A stretch of 62,729 nt of DNA, counting the filler, from Thermodesulfobacteriota bacterium (GTDB lineage: Bacteria > DASVDK01): the NCBI GenBank assembly GCA_036381125.1. It is 9 parts of 9 records of this genome, joined end to end, with 100 filler letters (N's around TTAATTAATTAA, not from the genome) between each part and the next. Parts side by side here need not be neighbours in the genome. Positions count along the whole stretch, not along the records: positions 31,641 to 41,121 come from DASVDK010000083.1; 8 more parts are not named here. One strand, given 5' to 3'. A program made the translations under genes and the position numbers. Numbering within the stretch: the first letter of the stretch is position 1; every line of letters begins with the position of its first letter. The notes under the pieces were generated by a model. It did no database searches. It was not told the DNA's origin and saw nothing but the letters and a program-made list of their open reading frames with translations. This document shows positions 31,541 through 39,482 of the stretch, piece after piece.

Positions 31541-31787
31541 NNNNNNNNNNNNNNNNNNNNNNNNNNNNNNNNNNNNNNNNNNNNTTAATTAATTAANNNN
31601 NNNNNNNNNNNNNNNNNNNNNNNNNNNNNNNNNNNNNNNNGCTTCGAGCATCGTCTCTTTCCTCCACCTGGCGCCCCGGGGCGGCCACACGACCCACGCC
31701 TGTCCGCCCCGGGCGCCCTTCACCGGCGGACCATCCGCCGGCCGTCGTGGCGTGCGCAACCGTCGCTCCCGCCACGACCCCACTGTG

Positions 31788-31922
31788 CTAGGCCGCTGAC
31801 CGCCTCAGCGCGAGCCGGAGTGCGTCCTCACGCTCGGCTTCGGGGCGCTGCCATAGCGTGGCGAGGTCACGAATCGTGTAGCCTTTGAGGACCCAGTAGA
31901 CGACATCGACGTCCCAGCTCAT
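31788..31922 (-). CDS. Small phage protein, possible HTH-like fold
   Basis: MSWDVDVVYWVLKGYTIRDLATLWQ; start overlaps upstream stop. Confidence 0.5.
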   Translation of the reverse strand: MSWDVDVVYWVLKGYTIRDLATLWQRPEAEREDALRLALRRSAA

Positions 31923-32056
31923 CGCCACCGCCACCCTTTCCGCAGGTCCCGCCGCACCCGCCAGCGCTCGAGGGCCTCGGTCGGCACGAGGCAGGTGACG
32001 AGCGCGAGGCTCGCGAGCGCGAGCCACACGTAGCCGATCAGGATCAGGACGGCCAT
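31919..32056 (-). CDS. Small phage membrane protein
   Basis: MAVLILIGYVWLALASLALVTCLV hydrophobic helix plus basic tail; tight packing. Confidence 0.45.
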   Translation of the reverse strand: MAVLILIGYVWLALASLALVTCLVPTEALERWRVRRDLRKGWRWR

Positions 32057-32061
32057 CGCCG

Positions 32062-32304
32062 CTACTTGATCGGCGCCGGCAGGTCGGCGCCGGTGCCCTT
32101 GGAGTTGTCGAGGATGATCGGGTCGCCGTCGAGCACGTCGAGGCGCTGCTCGTCGAACCAGCGCCCATCCTTGAGGTCGCCCTTCTCGTCGGCGTGCGGC
32201 GTCACGAGGTATTGGTCGCAGCCCGTGATGTACTGGGCGCGGCCGGTCACGATGCCGCGGAAGCCGGTGATCTTGTCCTTGACGGCAACACCAAGCTCGA
32301 TCAT
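32062..32304 (-). CDS. Phage hypothetical protein
   Basis: VKDKITGFRGIVTGRAQYITGCDQYLV...WFDEQRL, a motif I recognise from phage proteins; GAGGGAG RBS. Confidence 0.7.
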   Translation of the reverse strand: MIELGVAVKDKITGFRGIVTGRAQYITGCDQYLVTPHADEKGDLKDGRWFDEQRLDVLDGDPIILDNSKGTGADLPAPIK

Positions 32305-32336
32305 GGGATCTCTCCCTCTCTGCGGCCAGAGCCGCG

Positions 32337-32540
32337 TTACGCCACCCTCCGGGCCCGCAGGTCGCGGACCCACTGCTCGAGCCGCGGCCGGGTCCACCCG
32401 TGCTCGCGCGCTAGGTGATCCGCGACGAACAGCACCTCCTCGATGTACTGGTCGCGGCACACGGGGCAGAGCGCGTAGTACCGCCAGACCGGATCGGTCT
32501 GGGGGATCGGAGCCTCGGTCGCCATCGCCACGGCGAGCAT
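32337..32540 (-). CDS. Small phage protein with CxxC...HxxxxH zinc-finger pattern
   Basis: CPVC...HLAREHGW. Confidence 0.55.
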   Translation of the reverse strand: MLAVAMATEAPIPQTDPVWRYYALCPVCRDQYIEEVLFVADHLAREHGWTRPRLEQWVRDLRARRVA

Positions 32541-32542
32541 GG

Positions 32543-32773
32543 CTAGGCCCGCGCCCGCGTGAGGACCTTGTCGATGTTGTTCGCGGCCTTGAGGATCTTC
32601 CCCGCCGCGTCGGCCGCGAACGCCGCGACCTGTCGCACCGTCGATGAGGCCGAGTCCGCGTTGTCCTCGGCGAGCTGGAGACATTCGCTCGCCATCGCGC
32701 GCAGCTTCTGCGCGAGCGCGGCCTCCTCGCTGTAGGGCTCCTCGACGCCGGGCATCGTGGTCTGGGTCGCCAT
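32543..32773 (-). CDS. Phage helical hypothetical protein
   Basis: AAAGGAG RBS, typical GC3 codon bias. Confidence 0.6.
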   Translation of the reverse strand: MATQTTMPGVEEPYSEEAALAQKLRAMASECLQLAEDNADSASSTVRQVAAFAADAAGKILKAANNIDKVLTRARA

Positions 32774-32880
32774 GTCGGCTCCTTTCCTCAGGGCGCGCGT
32801 TGCACGCCTCAACGCCTCGTGGATCTCGTCGGACGTGCCCGCGATCTCGACGCCGCGGGCGTCGCGTGTGACCCGGAGGG

Positions 32881-33252
32881 TCACGGCGTCGGCGCCCGCC
32901 CGAGCGCCGCGTGGATCGCCCGGGCGACCTCGCGGGCCGGCCCATCGGGGACGCCGTTGACCAGGGCCGTGACCAGCTCGCGCATCCGGGCGATCACGCC
33001 GCTCTCGAGCGCCTCGGTCGGAAGGCCGGCGCAGGCGTTCACCGCCGCGATGAGCCGTCGTCGCTTGTCCTCGTCGAAGACGCTCTCGGCGACGAGGCCG
33101 CCGCCGTAGACGATCCGATCGCGTTCCGCGTCCGTGTGGTTCGGGCAGTCGTAGGCAAAGCAGCGCGGACAGACCGGCGGCTCCTCGCCGTCGACGATCA
33201 CGGAGGCGTAGCTGCGGCCCGCCCGCCACGGCTCCCCGTACCGGCCGCTCAT
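32881..33252 (-). CDS. Phage hypothetical protein
   Basis: EPW...LVAE...RRLIAAVNACAGLPTEALE phage-type motif; inserted CPRC/CPNH. Confidence 0.6.
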   Translation of the reverse strand: MSGRYGEPWRAGRSYASVIVDGEEPPVCPRCFAYDCPNHTDAERDRIVYGGGLVAESVFDEDKRRRLIAAVNACAGLPTEALESGVIARMRELVTALVNGVPDGPAREVARAIHAALGRAPTP

Positions 33253-33839
33253 GACTGCGACTCCGGGACGTGCGAGAACATCACGTCGAGCCCGTCCGCC
33301 CGGCGCTGCGTCGCGGCCTCGGCCTCGCGCTGCGCCGCCTCGAGGAGGAACGCGAGCCGATCGGTCGACGGCAGTCGCACCTGTTGCCGCGTGTCGAGCG
33401 TCACGAAGTCGATGCCACTGGTCTGCCGAATCGTCGCGTTCGTCGCGGCGTGCTTCGCCACGTCCTCGAAGGCGCGCTTGTCGAGGAGGAGGCACGTGCC
33501 GCGCGCCTTCGCCCATGCGAGCGCGCGGTCGGCGTCGTAGACGACCCGCGTCGTCTCGGCCACGACGACGCCCCAGGGCAGCGACTTTGTCCGGAGCGTG
33601 GCCGCGCGCCGCTCGGCCAAGCGCCGCCACTCAGCTTCCGCCGCCTGCAGCGCCTCGCCGCACGCGGCCGCCTCGTCGAAGAGCGCCGCGTTGGCGGCCT
33701 CCCATGCCAGGCGCGCCGCGTGGATTCGCCCGTCGATCGCGTCCTTGCGGCGCCGCAGCTCGAGGACGCGCCGCGCCTGCGCGTCGTACGCCTCGGCCTC
33801 AGCGAGGAGCGCCTGCGCCGTCTCGGTCAGCGTGCCCAT
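33249..33839 (-). CDS. Coiled-coil protein, possibly Mu Gam-like DNA end-protection protein
   Basis: Long N-terminal coiled coil then TKSLPWGV and ALAWAK; adjacent to recombinase. Confidence 0.5.
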   Translation of the reverse strand: MGTLTETAQALLAEAEAYDAQARRVLELRRRKDAIDGRIHAARLAWEAANAALFDEAAACGEALQAAEAEWRRLAERRAATLRTKSLPWGVVVAETTRVVYDADRALAWAKARGTCLLLDKRAFEDVAKHAATNATIRQTSGIDFVTLDTRQQVRLPSTDRLAFLLEAAQREAEAATQRRADGLDVMFSHVPESQS

Positions 33840-33841
33840 CG

Positions 33842-34867
33842 CTACGGGCCCACGCGGCGCGGCGCGCCGCCGAAGAGGTCGGGCTCGTCGCCAGGCTCAC
33901 GAGCGCCCGCGCCGCCATCGGGATCGAGCGGCACCTCGGCTGCGCCCGCCTCCTTCCGCTCGTCGAGCAGGACGCCGAGGCGGCTGTACGCCTCCTTGCG
34001 CTCGGCGGCCGTCAGGTCGTTCCAGGACGTGATCGGCCGGCCGATGAGCTCGCCCATGCGCCGGATGCGCTCGGCCCGGAGTGCCTCGTGCTCGGCCTTC
34101 GTCTTGCCCGTCGGCTGCGGGAAGACCTCCTGCCAGCGAGCGAAGAGCGTCCCGAGGGGGATGTCGTCGGGATCGGCCACGGGCGCCGCCGCCGGTGCCG
34201 AGGTGTCGAGCGACGTCTGCGCATGTCGCACGTATTCCGCGGGCGGGTCGTCGTCGGCATCGATGGCGGCCACGACGCCACGCGCCGACAGGATGTCGGC
34301 GTAGACGCGCGAGCAGAGCCGGCCCGCCGCCTTCGCGTAGAGCATGTCGGTCGGAAACTTCTTCCAGACGTCCTTGTCGAGCAGTCCGGCCTGCCGCGCC
34401 TGCTCGATCGTGAACGTCTCGCGCTGCGGCTCGGGCTCGCCGCGCCGCCACGTCTCGACCGTGCAGACCGTCGCGGTCTTCTCGATCGTCCGGAAATACC
34501 GGGCCGCACCGGACGCGAGCACGACCGCGACCTTGCCCTCGGCCATGACGCCGAGCTTGATCTGTCCGCCCTGGGCGGGGACCGTGTAGACCCACTGAGC
34601 CGCGGCGAGCGGCGTGAGCCCCATCTCGACGCCCTTCGCGATCCGCACGAACGCCTGCTCCTCCTTCTTGTCCGGCACGAGACCGGACGCGACGAGGATG
34701 CGGCAGTAGTGGAGCCACTCCGGAATCGAGCGCGGCTGGAGCCCGAAGCGCTCGGCGTGATCGATGGCCGCCGGCGCGACGCGCGGTCGCTCGATCGTCG
34801 CTGGCACGTCGGGCGCGTCGACCTCGACGGTGGGCCGGCGAATCGTATCGGTCTGCGAGGTTGCCAT
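33842..34867 (-). CDS. RecT/Red-beta-like single-strand annealing recombinase
   Basis: ASGLVP, GVEMGLTP, FTIEQARQAGL, WKKFPTDML.AKA motifs; acidic C-terminal tail. Confidence 0.78.
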   Translation of the reverse strand: MATSQTDTIRRPTVEVDAPDVPATIERPRVAPAAIDHAERFGLQPRSIPEWLHYCRILVASGLVPDKKEEQAFVRIAKGVEMGLTPLAAAQWVYTVPAQGGQIKLGVMAEGKVAVVLASGAARYFRTIEKTATVCTVETWRRGEPEPQRETFTIEQARQAGLLDKDVWKKFPTDMLYAKAAGRLCSRVYADILSARGVVAAIDADDDPPAEYVRHAQTSLDTSAPAAAPVADPDDIPLGTLFARWQEVFPQPTGKTKAEHEALRAERIRRMGELIGRPITSWNDLTAAERKEAYSRLGVLLDERKEAGAAEVPLDPDGGAGAREPGDEPDLFGGAPRRVGP

Positions 34868-34979
34868 CTCGGGATGCCTCCGAGGGGGATCGCCGGACGG
34901 GGCGACGATCCCGGGGCCGTGCCGCGTGCGGCTCCGGGGCATCCTCCCCGGGACTCGCCGCCCGTCCGGCGCCTCATCG

Positions 34980-35249
34980 TCAGAGCCGTCGCACGTGCTC
35001 GAGCGGCGTCACGCGCCCCGCCTGGTCGACCACGTAGGGCCGGCGCACCGAGAGGCCGCGGATGTCGCCGGCCTCGCGGACGACGGCGCCGCGCCGTACG
35101 AGTGTCCCGACCCGCAGGCAGGCGGCCGACCGGCAGATGCCGAGCGCGGCGCCGAGCTCCCGCATCGACGGCGGCCGGCCGCAGCCCTCGGTGAGCCGCA
35201 CGATCATGTCGAGGGTCGCGGCCTGCTTGCGCGTAAGGGTCCAGGCCAT
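34980..35249 (-). CDS. LexA-type winged-helix DNA-binding domain only (no peptidase domain)
   Basis: LTRKQAATLDMI...GRPPSMRELGAALG...LVRRG...RGL; 89 aa. Confidence 0.75.
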   Translation of the reverse strand: MAWTLTRKQAATLDMIVRLTEGCGRPPSMRELGAALGICRSAACLRVGTLVRRGAVVREAGDIRGLSVRRPYVVDQAGRVTPLEHVRRL

Positions 35250-35286
35250 CACGCGCCTCCTGCCGCCGCCTCGACCACGTAGCGGT

Positions 35287-35505
35287 TCATCGCGCCGCGC
35301 TTCTCGTCGCCGCATGCACCGCCCGGCACCCCGCGCACACGGGCGGCCGGCCGTCCACGGGCCACCAGTAGGTCGACCCGCGATGGATCGGGCAGCGCGG
35401 CGGCACTTCGATCCGCTCGACGACGCCCGGGCGGATCGCAATCTGGATCGCGACCGGGGCGTCGAGGTCGCGGTCGCCGTCGAGGGCGCGGCCGAGGTGG
35501 GGCAT
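35287..35505 (-). CDS. Small phage protein, putative zinc ribbon
   Basis: CPIH...CAGC; start overlaps upstream stop. Confidence 0.5.
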   Translation of the reverse strand: MPHLGRALDGDRDLDAPVAIQIAIRPGVVERIEVPPRCPIHRGSTYWWPVDGRPPVCAGCRAVHAATRSAAR

Positions 35506-35870
35506 TAGCTGGCCTCCGTGTGCACGTCGGGAAAGACCATGCGCGGACGCATCGCGCGCAGTTTCGCGGGCGAGAGGGACCAGTCGACCGGCTGGCCATC
35601 GACGGTCGCGCCCGCGTAGCGCAGCGCCTCGACGATCGCCTCGGCTTTCGTCGCGCACCGCACGACGAGGTGCCCGCTCGGCCGGTGATCGACCTTCCAG
35701 CCGCGCGGCTCCCGGGGGCGCCTGGCGTACCGGACGGCGAAGAGCCCCATCGCGTCCGACGTGTAGCCCGCGACTGGCACCTTCGCGGTGTGCCCGAGCC
35801 GATCACAGCCGGCGCATCCCGGGACCGCTTGGTGCTCGCGGATCATGTAGGTGATGCGCCGGAGCCTCAT
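35505..35870 (-). CDS. Phage hypothetical protein
   Basis: GGAGG RBS; WKVDHRPSG motif. Confidence 0.55.
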   Translation of the reverse strand: MRLRRITYMIREHQAVPGCAGCDRLGHTAKVPVAGYTSDAMGLFAVRYARRPREPRGWKVDHRPSGHLVVRCATKAEAIVEALRYAGATVDGQPVDWSLSPAKLRAMRPRMVFPDVHTEAS

Positions 35871-35881
35871 CGCGCCTCCGC

Positions 35882-36127
35882 TCACGCCGCCCGCTCGGCC
35901 GGCCGCAGCCGGGCGCGGGCCAGCGACTCGAGCCAATCGATGCGACGCGCCACGTGGAGGAGCCGGACCTCGGGCCGCGGCTCACCCCGCAGGACCCGCC
36001 GCCGCGCCCGGGCGACGTGATCGAGCGCCAGCAGCGGCTCCCCCTCCCGGAGCAGCCCCAGGATCACGGCCGCGTCCTGGCGAGCGCGCCGGAGGCGGCC
36101 CCGGTGGCGGGGGTCGGGGGAGGGCAT
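35882..36127 (-). CDS. Phage hypothetical basic helical protein
   Basis: AAGGAG RBS, TGATG coupling. Confidence 0.5.
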   Translation of the reverse strand: MPSPDPRHRGRLRRARQDAAVILGLLREGEPLLALDHVARARRRVLRGEPRPEVRLLHVARRIDWLESLARARLRPAERAA

Positions 36128-36330
36128 CAACGCATCTCCTTCCGGCGTCGCCACGCGCGCGTCCGGCAGGCGGGGCGGCAGTGCTCCTGCGAGGCGCGGC
36201 GCGGCAGGAAGACGGCGTCGCAGCCCGGGCAGCCGCGGAACCACCCCTCAGGCCGGCCGCGCCGAGTGAGACGCCTCGGTGACGCTGTTTGAGCCACGGA
36301 CGGGGCCTCCTTGCGGAGCGTCGCGGCCAT
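36127..36330 (-). CDS. Small zinc-finger protein (CGNR-like)
   Basis: CPGC.AVF...HCRPACRTRAWRRR. Confidence 0.6.
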   Translation of the reverse strand: MAATLRKEAPSVAQTASPRRLTRRGRPEGWFRGCPGCDAVFLPRRASQEHCRPACRTRAWRRRKEMR

Positions 36331-36333
36331 CGC

Positions 36334-36585
36334 CTACCGCCCCCTCGGCACCGGCCGGGTGACGAAGAAGTCGGCCACCTTGCAGCGGAGGACGGTCGCC
36401 ATGCGCGCGAGCTTGCTCGCGTTCGGGACGTACTCGCCCGCCTTCCAGCGCCGCAAGGTCTCGTCCGAGATGTCGATCGCTGCGCAGAGCTCCTGGTCGC
36501 TGACGCCGGCGGCGCGCTGCAGCTCATCGATCCGCTGGCCGGCGAAGATCTCGACGTGCTCGATGTCCGGGACCGACATGACCAC
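36334..36585 (-). CDS. Cro-like XRE HTH regulator
   Basis: SDQELCAAIDISDETLRRWKAGEYVP HTH; first gene of the leftward early operon. Confidence 0.8.
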   Translation of the reverse strand: MVMSVPDIEHVEIFAGQRIDELQRAAGVSDQELCAAIDISDETLRRWKAGEYVPNASKLARMATVLRCKVADFFVTRPVPRGR

Positions 36586-36684
36586 ACTCTCTCACACACT
36601 CTCGCCATCAGTCAACAACATTTTTGTGGCGAAGTGCGGCGGGAGCATGTAGGGTGTGCGTGAGCGTGAGCGAGGAGGTGTCAG
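36586..36684. promoter_or_regulatory. Divergent cro/cI promoter-operator region
   Basis: Low-GC intergenic; direct repeats CACACTCTC x2; candidate rightward TGGCGA-N17-TAGGGT (36627-36655); minus-strand TTGACT (36615-36610). Confidence 0.6.
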
Positions 36685-37416
36685 ATGACGCAGGCCCTGG
36701 TTCTCTATCCCGAGCAAGGTCGGGCCATTACAGCCGACCTCAAGGCTGCTGGGCTGTCGAAGCGGCGGGCCGCCCTCCTGAGCGGTGTGGATCGGGTCGT
36801 GGTGACCAACCTGGCCAACGGCGTGGCGACCGCCAACGAGGAGACGTTCCGGAAGCTCGCGGCCGGCATCGGCCGGCCCGAGGCCGCGGCCGGCTGGCAG
36901 CAGGCGAAGGAGCGAGACAAGGCCGGCCGCGTGGCGGGGCCCGGCGCGCCGGAGGTCGCGCCCTCCGGCGGCTTTCGTGATGGTGAGGATGACGGACCTG
37001 CGGGCGCTCTTGCGGGACGTGCGGGCCGACCGGCGGCGCGCGTGGCGGGCACGGCTGCCGCTGGCGGCGACCGGGACGAGCGGGTAACGCGCGCGGACTT
37101 GGCGCGGCTGGTCGCCCGGCTCGAGGCGACGCTGAGCGAGGCGCTCGGCCGGCCCGTCAATTTATCTTGCCAGCCTGTTGACCGCGTGCTCCGGCCCGTC
37201 TGGCGCGGCCTGCCGTGGCCGGTCGGGGCCCGGGCCGGGAATCACGAGGGGCGCGACGCCGCGGCCATGCGCGTGGAACGCCCGTTTCCTTCCGGGTGTC
37301 GCCAACCTAGCCGCCTGGCCAGCTTGCCCGCCGGCCTGATCCGTGAGATCGTCGGGCCATCCTCCCCGTCGCGACCGGGAGCCTCTCTCACTCGGAGGTC
37401 TGGCTCTCGTGCGTGA
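36685..37416 (+). CDS. CI-like repressor: N-terminal XRE HTH, no S24 peptidase domain
   Basis: GLSKRRAALLSGVDRVVVTNLANG...KLAAGIG; AGGAGG RBS; divergent from cro-like gene. Confidence 0.7.
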   Translation: MTQALVLYPEQGRAITADLKAAGLSKRRAALLSGVDRVVVTNLANGVATANEETFRKLAAGIGRPEAAAGWQQAKERDKAGRVAGPGAPEVAPSGGFRDGEDDGPAGALAGRAGRPAARVAGTAAAGGDRDERVTRADLARLVARLEATLSEALGRPVNLSCQPVDRVLRPVWRGLPWPVGARAGNHEGRDAAAMRVERPFPSGCRQPSRLASLPAGLIREIVGPSSPSRPGASLTRRSGSRA

Positions 37417-38323
37417 TCTCGCGTCTTCCATCAGCGAATTCCTCGACATCCTGGCGGTCGAGCACCGCGCGGCCGACACGACCATCGACGACTATCGCCG
37501 GGACCTGCGGCGGCTCACCCGCTTCGTCGCCACCCTCTCGGACGGCGCCCCGACGTGCGCCGACCTCACGACAACCCGGCTGCGGGCCTGGCTCGGCATC
37601 CGCGGCCGTCAGGTGCAGACCGCCACGCTCGCCCGTGAGCTGGCGGCCGTCCGCGCGTTCTGCCGCATCGCCGTCCGCGAGCGCTGGCTCGACGCCGATC
37701 CGACGCTCCCCATCCCGCCCATCCGGGCCCCCCGGCCGCTGCCCCGGGCGATCCCCGACGCGATCCTCGCGCCAGTGCTCGATGCGCTCCCGCGTCGCAC
37801 GCCCGAGCAGCGCCGGCTCGCGGCCGTCCTGGAGGTCGGCTACGCGACGGGCCTGCGGGCGGCTGAACTCGCCGGCCTCTGCGTCGGCGACATCGACCGC
37901 GCGACCGGGCTCGTCACGGTGCGGCGCGGCAAGGGCGGGCTGCCGCGGACCGTCATCATCGGCGCCCGCGCCCTCGCGGCGCTGGCCGACTGGGACCCCG
38001 ACCGCCTCGCGTGGAGCCGCGGCGACCAGTCGCCCGACGCGCCGCTCTTTGTGTCCGAGCGCGGGCGGCGTGTCTCGCCGAACGGCTTGCGGCGCGCGAT
38101 CCGCGTCTGGCGGCGGGGCCTCGACGGTCCGCTCGCGCGCCTCACGCCGCACGTGCTCCGGCACTCCTGTGGCCGGGCGATGCTCGAGGGCGGCGCCGAT
38201 CTCCGTGACGTGCAGGAGCAGCTCGGCCACCGCGCGATCGCGACGACCGTCCGCTACACCGAGGTGACCAAGGCGCGGCTCGCGGCCGTCTACCGGACGG
38301 CGCATCCGCGCGCCATCGCCTGA
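37409..38323 (+). CDS. Tyrosine recombinase, XerC/XerD-like
   Basis: GTG at 37409 with GGAGG RBS; YRRDL, TGLRAAEL, GKGG, TPHVLRHS, QLGH, TTVRY, HPRA. Confidence 0.92.
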   Translation: MRDLASSISEFLDILAVEHRAADTTIDDYRRDLRRLTRFVATLSDGAPTCADLTTTRLRAWLGIRGRQVQTATLARELAAVRAFCRIAVRERWLDADPTLPIPPIRAPRPLPRAIPDAILAPVLDALPRRTPEQRRLAAVLEVGYATGLRAAELAGLCVGDIDRATGLVTVRRGKGGLPRTVIIGARALAALADWDPDRLAWSRGDQSPDAPLFVSERGRRVSPNGLRRAIRVWRRGLDGPLARLTPHVLRHSCGRAMLEGGADLRDVQEQLGHRAIATTVRYTEVTKARLAAVYRTAHPRAIA

Positions 38324-38377
38324 CAACCCACCCCAGGCCCGCCGACCGGGAGCGGCGGGCCTGATGTCGACGATCGA

Positions 38378-38617
38378 CTACAGGGGCGCCTCGCCGACGA
38401 GTTGCCCCACCGAGACGCCGAGGGCGCGGGCGAGCTTGAGGACTTGGAGGAGCGACGGGTTGCGCCGGCCCCGCTCGATGTCGGACACGTACGTGCGGTG
38501 CAGGTCGGCCCGAAAGCCGAGCGCCTCTTGCGAGAGGCCGAGCGCCAGGCGGAGGGTCCGCACGCGGGCCCCGAAGCGACGCGGCGCTGGCTCGCACGCC
38601 GACCCATGGCCGCGCAC
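38378..38617 (-). CDS. XRE HTH regulator (C-protein-like); 5' end may be frameshifted
   Basis: FGARVRTLRLALGLSQEALGFRADLHRTYVSDIERGRRNPSL. Confidence 0.85.
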   Translation of the reverse strand: MRGHGSACEPAPRRFGARVRTLRLALGLSQEALGFRADLHRTYVSDIERGRRNPSLLQVLKLARALGVSVGQLVGEAPL

Positions 38618-38794
38618 GGTAGGGGCGTGTCGACGATGCGTCTACAGCCAAGTGTCGACAGCGCCGCACTGCGCCGCGTCGGCCCGAGTCGGCCCCTGCG
38701 GCACAGGGCGCCGGCCGGTCACCGTGACGCCCCGCGATCGTGCGGGGCTTCACTGCGCCCCATGGTGGGGCGCCGATCAAGGGAGGGACACCTG

Positions 38795-38995
38795 ATGGCC
38801 ACTCGGAAGCGTCAGCGGGGCGAGCTCGCGCTCGCCGTCATCCTCGGGCTCGCGGTCGCGAGCGGCTTCGTCATCGGCAAGAAGAACGAGGACCGCAAGC
38901 TCGCGGGCCTGCCGCACGGGCAGACGACCGCGACGTGGCAGACGGCGCCCCCGGTCCAGTCCGGCAGCGCCGCGGCGCCGAAGCCCACCCAGTAG
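38795..38995 (+). CDS. Small single-TM protein
   Basis: GGGAGG RBS; LALAVILGLAVASGFVIG helix. Confidence 0.6.
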   Translation: MATRKRQRGELALAVILGLAVASGFVIGKKNEDRKLAGLPHGQTTATWQTAPPVQSGSAAAPKPTQ

Positions 38996-39110
38996 CCTCC
39001 GCCCACCGTGGGGCCGCTCGCCGGACGCGGGCGGCCCCTTGCTCTCTCTCTCATCCAGCGCTAGCGTCGAGGGGCCCCGGGAGGGTGACCCACCGCGGAA
39101 GGGGGTCCCG

Positions 39111-39482
39111 ATGGAAGTCCTCGCCGTCCTCGCCATCCTCGGCTGTCTCCCCGGCGCCATCGCCCAGGCGAAGGGCCGGGGGTTCTTCGGCTTCTGGCTC
39201 TACGGCGCCCTCCTCTTTCCCGTCGCCCTCATCCATGCGCTCGTCATGCGGCGTGACACCGCGGCGCTCGAGCAGCGCCAGGTTGACGAGGGCGCGGGGC
39301 GGAAGTGCCCGTTCTGCGCGGAGGTCATCAAGACCGAGGCGCGGGTCTGCCGGTACTGCGGGCGGGACGTGCCGCGGGCGGCGACGGGGCCGATCGACGC
39401 GCGCTCGCCGATCCCCCTCACCCCCGAGGGCCGCCTCATGGCGGCCGAGCGCGAGGCGGCCGAGCGGGAGCCGCGGCCATGA
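39111..39482 (+). CDS. Membrane protein with C-terminal zinc ribbon (phage moron type)
   Basis: IAQAKGRGFFGFWLYG two TM helices; CPFCAE.IK.EARVCRYCG. Confidence 0.78.
   Translation: MEVLAVLAILGCLPGAIAQAKGRGFFGFWLYGALLFPVALIHALVMRRDTAALEQRQVDEGAGRKCPFCAEVIKTEARVCRYCGRDVPRAATGPIDARSPIPLTPEGRLMAAEREAAEREPRP

Noticed and set aside
37409-38323. Host chromosomal xerC/xerD
   Set aside because: Surrounded by phage genes and coupled to a repressor, so no gene symbol was assigned
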